From an uncultured delta proteobacterium (GTDB lineage: Bacteria; Myxococcota_A; Polyangia; Fen-1088): a DNA stretch of 64,000 nucleotides. Under the pieces are notes generated by a model, which searched no databases, was not told the DNA's origin, and saw only the letters and a program-made list of their open reading frames with translations. Shown piece after piece: positions 58,396-64,000 of the stretch. The stretch covers positions 64,001 to 128,000 of the forward strand of contig CAWCMR010000001.1 in the NCBI GenBank assembly GCA_963796685.1, given 5' to 3'. Both the position numbers and the translations under genes were made by a program. How positions within the stretch are numbered: the first letter of the stretch is position 1; each line of letters starts with the position of its first letter.

Positions 58396-61300
58396 TCAGT
58401 CTTGTGCTCTTATGTAGACGTCAACTCCTCCGTTGACTATTCCTGGCACGGCTAGTTGGAAGATCTGCGGCACCAGGCACATCTGGGGAACTACAGCGTT
58501 GCTGATGCGCGGTGTTCTTCCAGCGAGTTGTCCCGAGCTGTTGAGCACCCACAGTCTCGAATAGACTTCCGCCTCCTGATAATAATTATTGTATGAGAAG
58601 CTGTCGATGCCATAGCTAAGAACCAAGTCGCCCGTAGCTGGGCTGATCAGCTCGACGCCACGATTTCCGGACGCGCAACCGCTAAATTCCAGAGCAAAGC
58701 CAAAGTCGATTTCCCATTCTCCGTCTGCAACCTGCGCGACACTCAAGTGCAAGAGATCGTAGGGCGAAGTGCTCCAAAACCAGGAGCTTGGCGAAGACAC
58801 CACAGGAATTCCCGAAGACACGTCGATGTAGACTGGTATGCCTGTTGGGCTTGGCATGGTCCCGTCTACGCACGTCGTCGTAGCGATGGAGCAGGTGCCT
58901 GCCGCGCAAGTCTTGCCGGAAGAACACACGTTGCCGCAGGCACCGCAGTCGTTCGGGCTGGTCTGCAGATTCACACAAACGTTGCCACAAGAGGTCATGC
59001 CAGCCGGGCATACCGAGGTACAAACACCGCTCACGCACGTCGCGCCGGTCTGGCAGGCGGCCCCGCAGGCTCCGCAGTTGTTGGCATCGCTGTTCGTGTC
59101 GACACAAACCGACCCGCAGGCGGTCAGGTTGGTAGCCTCGCATGTGCTCGGAATAGAACCGCTCGAACCACCGGCCGCACCACCTGTTGCAGCAGAGCTA
59201 CCGTCAAGCGGCGTTCCTCCCGCAGCGCCCGAGCCACCAGTTCCCCCAGTGCCACCGTCAGGCGTCGCGTCGCTTTCCGAACCACCCGTGCCTCCAAGGG
59301 CAAGGGCAAAGTCGACCTCTGCAATCGCGCCGATAGTAACGGTCGCCGTCTGTGGGTTGAGTGTAGCGGTTTCGCCCGTCGGTGGGCGGATGCGGAGTTG
59401 GTAGCTACCTGCGGACACCTGGTTTATCAAGTAGGTTCCAGTGGTGTCAGTAAGCGTGCTCGCAAACGTCGCGCCGGTGCTGTCCAGCGCGTCGACTTCT
59501 ACGCCAGCTACTGCCCCAAAAGGGTCGGTGATATGCCCGGAAATAGTGCCCATATCGGTTTGTAAAGTTCCGACTACGATGGCTCGCGTCGCAGCGTTGT
59601 TTGAGGTGACCTGGTCCGTGAAGGTCAGGCTCGGATCGATGTCGACCTCGACAATGTAGATTCCCTCGCCCTGGCTTTTCCAGGACGCGTACACGACGCG
59701 TGAGCCGTAGTCCGGGCTTCCGACGGACAAGCTCGCAATCGTCGTTTTGCCGATCCATACCTTGCTCGTCGAACCCGCCGCGGTCACATAGATGTTGATT
59801 GGCACGTCGGTTGCAGCACTCGTCGGGGCCGATGACCAGAAGTGAATCTGAGCCGCAATCGTAATCTCCTCATTCTCGGCTGGGTTGTTCTTGGAGAAGG
59901 CGATGTCATCCGAAACCACGCGAAGATCGCTCAGCGGAACCGTCGCGGGCGGCACCGCAGGCTGACCGCCGGCCCACGACCACGTCCAGCTCCCGCCGCC
60001 AGAACCACCGGGCGATGGGACGTAGTTCCATTGGCCTGGCCCCCACTCCGCCGGTGGGGAACCTGGCGGTGGCGGCGCGGGCGGCAGCGGGATGACGTTG
60101 AACACCAGTTGGCGCGTTCCACTCAGCGTCTGGTCGGAGACGCTCATCCTCATCTGATGGGCGCCGACCAAGGCAGGGGCGAGCAAGGTCTGGGAGAAAT
60201 TCCCGTTGGTGTCCGTGTAGACGGTTCCAAAAATCGAGGAGGTACCATCAGGAGCCACGAGCGTGATATCAACCAGCCCGCCTTTCACCGGGTAGCTGGT
60301 GTTTCTGACTCCGCCGACCAGCACATCGTAGATGGCTTGCCCGCTGAGAGTGAAGAAGGATGATGAGTAAATGCTCGACGGAAGACTGCCTGTGACCAGG
60401 ATGTTGGCGAGCGTGGTCGGGGTCGAGATACGAAGGATGGTCGAGGCATCGTTGTCGGTCTTGTCGCTCTCCGTAACAAGCCCGGCGGGGTCGACCACGG
60501 CCTCGATCACATGGTCTCCGCCTCCCGTTGTGGAGAAGGTGAAGGACACACTACCAACTCCATTGGGAGGCAACGCCGTAAGCGTCGTCTGACCGACTGG
60601 ATTACCGAAATCGAGCAACTGCACTATCGCCTGCGGAGACGCTACGACTCCGAGATTGTGGACGTTCACCGTCACCGTCGCCGATGAGCTCGTGCTCGCG
60701 GCGAGACTGATGTCGTTGGCGCTGATAGCCAGGTCCGGCAAGGGGGCGGTCCCTGGAACCTGAATGGTAACGTCGATGGTCGAGTAAAGCACGTTGCCAT
60801 CGTCGGTCGAGATCTGAAGTAACACATTATCGTAAGTACCAACAGAGGCTTGGGTAGCGTCCACAGTAACGGCAGCCGCCGCGGTCGCACCAGGCGGGGT
60901 GGCGAGGGCACCCGTCGGCGAGACAAAGAAAGCAACACCCGCAGGCGGATTCACGACGGCGAGAGTTGCCGAGTGAGGAGCCGTTCCGGTGTTCGTCAAG
61001 TAGACGGAGATGGTTTGTTGCGTTCCCTGCTGGACGGTGAATGCGTAGCTACATGATGTCTGAATCGCGGTTCCGCAAAGACTACCTGCCGAAGTGTAAA
61101 CGACGCTGATATCGAAGTCGAACCGGGTGTTTAGCCCCAAGGCGTCCGTGACTGTCGCCGACACTGTGAAGGTAATGGCTCCGCTCGCCGGTGCGGTCCA
61201 TGTGACCTGCGAGCCTCCCGTGGTGTCACTCTGCCCAGAAAGAGTGCCGCCCGACGCCAGCCAGGCGAAGGTCATGGCATTGGCCTGAGGATCGGTCGCC

Positions 61301-62397
61301 GTGACAACAAACGTTGCGCTAGCTCCGGCATTCACGCTATCCGCCGATTGCACGCTGGCGGTGATTGCCGGCGCTTCTAGCAGTGGTGGCTTGCCGACTG
61401 GCAAGACCGTTTGGCCGCTTGTCGTTCCGCCGCGGCCATCGCTGACTGCGACATCGAATTCACAGCTCGTGTCAGTGTCGGAAGCCGATAACGTAAAAGT
61501 GGTCGCCGAGGCATTGGCGGCGCTGAACACCCCAGAGACGCAGGTGCTTGTCCAAGCGTAGGTCAATGGATCGTTGTCGACATCGCTGGCGACCACCATT
61601 AGCGAGACCGGCTGACCGAGCGCCACGTACCCGGGCGCTGCCACCATGTCCGTGACGACCGGCCACGTGTTGAGGCTGACGGCGACAGCAGCCTGCCCGG
61701 TGCCATTGGCGTTCGAGACATGCACACGCACAGACGCCGAGGTCGTCGCACCGGAGTCGTCCGTGAGAGTCACGGTCATCGTAACGTCGCCCTCAGTGCC
61801 AGGCGCGGTCCACGTGGTAGTCGCTGCTGTGGAAGCCGAGAAACTGCCAACGGGCGGATTTGTCGACCACGCAAAGCCGATGGTGTCGCCGGCATTCGGG
61901 TCGTGCCCTGTCACCTTCGCAGTCACGGTTGCGCCAGGAACGATTGCGGTCGAAGAGACCAGCAGAGAATCTATAATGGGCGGGGAGTTCTTGAAGGGCG
62001 TCGGAGCGGTGGTCTGTTGGGCCGTGATCAGCACGGCGGTCACCTGGTCCTTTAGAATGGCTACGCTGGTTGCGACGCCGGCATAGATTGGCTGGTTGTT
62101 GACGTCGTTCGCACTGACTGTGAAAACATAGTTACTGCCCACCGGTAGCGATCCGACGAGAGCGCCCCAGTTCTTGTCGTCGCGAGAACTAAGGGCGACA
62201 CTTCGTGGTGCCAGAAGGGGCGGCCCAGAAATCGTCGCCGTCACGGAAATCACGTCCTTAGCATCGAGGGCGTGAACGGTAATATCTGCGCCACCGGTTG
62301 TGCTGGAGCTGGCGTGGCAGCCGGCTACGCCCAAGCCCACAAGAGCTACCAGTGACAACCGCAAGCCGGATCGACCGTGAAATTCGGAAGGCGACAT
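58396..62397 (-). CDS. Large surface lipoprotein with PKD/Ig-like, CARDB, carboxypeptidase-regulatory-like and Cys-rich repeats
   Basis: Lipobox VAGC; SDVDNDPLTYAWT repeats; VDPAGLVTESDKTDN CARDB; CVDTNSDANNCGACG-type repeat twice. Confidence 0.82.
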   Translation of the reverse strand: MSPSEFHGRSGLRLSLVALVGLGVAGCHASSSTTGGADITVHALDAKDVISVTATISGPPLLAPRSVALSSRDDKNWGALVGSLPVGSNYVFTVSANDVNNQPIYAGVATSVAILKDQVTAVLITAQQTTAPTPFKNSPPIIDSLLVSSTAIVPGATVTAKVTGHDPNAGDTIGFAWSTNPPVGSFSASTAATTTWTAPGTEGDVTMTVTLTDDSGATTSASVRVHVSNANGTGQAAVAVSLNTWPVVTDMVAAPGYVALGQPVSLMVVASDVDNDPLTYAWTSTCVSGVFSAANASATTFTLSASDTDTSCEFDVAVSDGRGGTTSGQTVLPVGKPPLLEAPAITASVQSADSVNAGASATFVVTATDPQANAMTFAWLASGGTLSGQSDTTGGSQVTWTAPASGAITFTVSATVTDALGLNTRFDFDISVVYTSAGSLCGTAIQTSCSYAFTVQQGTQQTISVYLTNTGTAPHSATLAVVNPPAGVAFFVSPTGALATPPGATAAAAVTVDATQASVGTYDNVLLQISTDDGNVLYSTIDVTIQVPGTAPLPDLAISANDISLAASTSSSATVTVNVHNLGVVASPQAIVQLLDFGNPVGQTTLTALPPNGVGSVSFTFSTTGGGDHVIEAVVDPAGLVTESDKTDNDASTILRISTPTTLANILVTGSLPSSIYSSSFFTLSGQAIYDVLVGGVRNTSYPVKGGLVDITLVAPDGTSSIFGTVYTDTNGNFSQTLLAPALVGAHQMRMSVSDQTLSGTRQLVFNVIPLPPAPPPPGSPPAEWGPGQWNYVPSPGGSGGGSWTWSWAGGQPAVPPATVPLSDLRVVSDDIAFSKNNPAENEEITIAAQIHFWSSAPTSAATDVPINIYVTAAGSTSKVWIGKTTIASLSVGSPDYGSRVVYASWKSQGEGIYIVEVDIDPSLTFTDQVTSNNAATRAIVVGTLQTDMGTISGHITDPFGAVAGVEVDALDSTGATFASTLTDTTGTYLINQVSAGSYQLRIRPPTGETATLNPQTATVTIGAIAEVDFALALGGTGGSESDATPDGGTGGTGGSGAAGGTPLDGSSAATGGAAGGSSGSIPSTCEATNLTACGSVCVDTNSDANNCGACGAACQTGATCVSGVCTSVCPAGMTSCGNVCVNLQTSPNDCGACGNVCSSGKTCAAGTCSIATTTCVDGTMPSPTGIPVYIDVSSGIPVVSSPSSWFWSTSPYDLLHLSVAQVADGEWEIDFGFALEFSGCASGNRGVELISPATGDLVLSYGIDSFSYNNYYQEAEVYSRLWVLNSSGQLAGRTPRISNAVVPQMCLVPQIFQLAVPGIVNGGVDVYIRAQD

Positions 62398-62615
62398 GGA
62401 TGGCTCCTTGTTTTACCGGCAAGTACCCTAATACCGGGCTGCGTTTTCGAAGGTCACGGTTGTGGAACAGTTCGATTTGCGATGCGCGGTCGCCGTCCGC
62501 CAAGTCCGCACCGCCAGCATGCGAGTGTCCGGACTGTTCGGCGATGTCATGGATACGCAGTTCCAGCCTAGCGCGTACATGGGAATCTGGCAGGCAGGCG
62601 ATGAGCCCTTCACGC

Positions 62616-62770
62616 TCAGGCGACCATTCCGTACTCGTGATGAAGCCCTCCGAGCACCGGTCGCCTACGAACATGGCACGCTGGCGTTGGCCGCACAGGT
62701 GGAAGCCAACGTGCGCCGATCGGTGCCTGCATCCGGAGCCCGCGATGAGGGCGGGCGTGGTAGTAGCCAC
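62616..62770 (-). mobile_element. Integrase-core transposase C-terminal remnant
   Basis: YYHARPHRGL...VRRRPVLGGLHHEY. Confidence 0.75.
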
Positions 62771-62925
62771 GCCTAGTCGCGCGGGACGCGCTCGACATGG
62801 CGGTCGTTGAGCACGATGACGTTGTTGGGGCTTTTGACCCGCCAGGGTGCCGAGAGCCCTCGGGCCCCAGCTTGAGCTTGCGGTTCTTGGGCGCAGCCTC
62901 GCCCGCGCCGCGGAGGCGCACCTCT

Positions 62926-64000
62926 TCACTCCAGCCCGCGCGGCTGCGTGAGCGACGCCGCCATCTTGTTGCACGCCTCGGCTTCCTGGCGGGCTCCGAC
63001 CTCACCGTCGGCGAGCTGCTTGTGAATCCCGACGAACCGGTCTTCGCATCGGACGAAGGAGTCCACGACTGCGGGATCGAAGTGTGTTCCGCTCTCCTTC
63101 AAGATGATGGGTTTGGCGATGTCATGTCCGAAGGCTTGCTTGTAGACGCGTTTCGAGGTGAGCGCATCGTACACGTCGGCCACCGCCACGATTCTCGCGC
63201 ACAAGGGGATTGCCGAGCCCTCCAAGCCGGCCGGATACCCCGAACCATTCCACCATTCGTGGTGACCAGCAGCGATGTCACGTGCCATCCGAAGGAATTT
63301 GGCTTCGGGATATCGAGCGAGCGCCGCAGCCAGCGTCTGGGTCCCGATCACCGTGTGCGCCTTCATGATCTCGAATTCACGATCGGTCAGCTTGCCTGCT
63401 TTGAGCAAGACCGCATCTGGGATGCCCACCTTTCCGATATCGTGCAAGGGAGCCGTCGCATACACCAGGCGCACGAACTCTTCGTCGATCTGGTCGGCGT
63501 AGGGAGGCCTACCCTTCAGATCGGTGGCGAGTGTCCGCGCGTATCGTTGCACGCGCTCGAGGTGCAGTCCTGTCTCTGGATCTCGCGACTCCGCGAGCTT
63601 CGCCATGGCGAATATGGCCACATCGCGTGTCTCGAGCCCCACGATTCTCTCGCCGGCGCGCACGCGAACCAGCAACTCCGCCGGATCGAAGGGCTTGGTG
63701 ATGAAGTCGTCCGCTCCCGCGGACAATCCCGCCAGCTTCGATTCTCGCGAGTCATGCCCGGTCAGCAGAATCATGTACACATAGCTGCCGAGCCAATCCG
63801 CGGCTCGCACTGCCCTGCATAGATCAAGGCCGGTCAATCCGGGCATCTCCCAATCGGCGATGACCAGGCGACAGTCGCGCGACCGGATGCACTCCAGTGC
63901 CTCGGCGCCATTGGACGCGGTTAGAACTTCGTGACCGGCTTCCCCGAGCACGTCCTCCAACAGCACGAGGGCAATGTCATCGTCGTCTGCAATCAATATG
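62926..64000 (-). CDS. Response regulator with HD-GYP domain (RpfG-like), 5' partial
   Basis: ILIADDD receiver, DWEMP, ESRDPETGLH, LHDIGK, HHEWWNGSGYP, ADVYDAL. Confidence 0.93.
   Translation of the reverse strand, partial: ILIADDDDIALVLLEDVLGEAGHEVLTASNGAEALECIRSRDCRLVIADWEMPGLTGLDLCRAVRAADWLGSYVYMILLTGHDSRESKLAGLSAGADDFITKPFDPAELLVRVRAGERIVGLETRDVAIFAMAKLAESRDPETGLHLERVQRYARTLATDLKGRPPYADQIDEEFVRLVYATAPLHDIGKVGIPDAVLLKAGKLTDREFEIMKAHTVIGTQTLAAALARYPEAKFLRMARDIAAGHHEWWNGSGYPAGLEGSAIPLCARIVAVADVYDALTSKRVYKQAFGHDIAKPIILKESGTHFDPAVVDSFVRCEDRFVGIHKQLADGEVGARQEAEACNKMAASLTQPRGLE

Overview
GC-rich bacterial DNA, most likely Myxococcota/Polyangia, inferred from a Ser/Thr kinase with a PEGA-like domain, an AgmX/PglI-type domain and Cys-rich surface lipoproteins. 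The first ~7.6 kb is intact housekeeping sequence: kinase, tRNA-Thr, DUF167, leuS, an L,D-transpeptidase, a CoA-binding protein and tRNA-Asp with its terminator. Right after tRNA-Asp a >56 kb accessory mosaic begins, containing integrase-core and IS91 transposase remnants, a thrice-repeated noncoding element, three frameshifted genes and several gene fragments. Its cargo includes (1) a coupled three-gene operon: a large hypothetical protein with glutamine-synthetase/GCS-fold amidoligase motifs, a phosphatidylserine-decarboxylase-like enzyme and a non-canonical Lgt-like membrane protein; (2) a c-di-GMP signalling block; (3) a metallophosphoesterase, MauG/BthA-like diheme and HupE/UreJ unit inside a phosphate-scavenging neighbourhood; (4) an orphan secY; and (5) a ~13 kb nonulosonate-type sugar cluster tied to lipid-modifying enzymes. 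Items (1) and (5) are the best candidates for undescribed systems. All calls are from motif recognition by eye; no searches were run.
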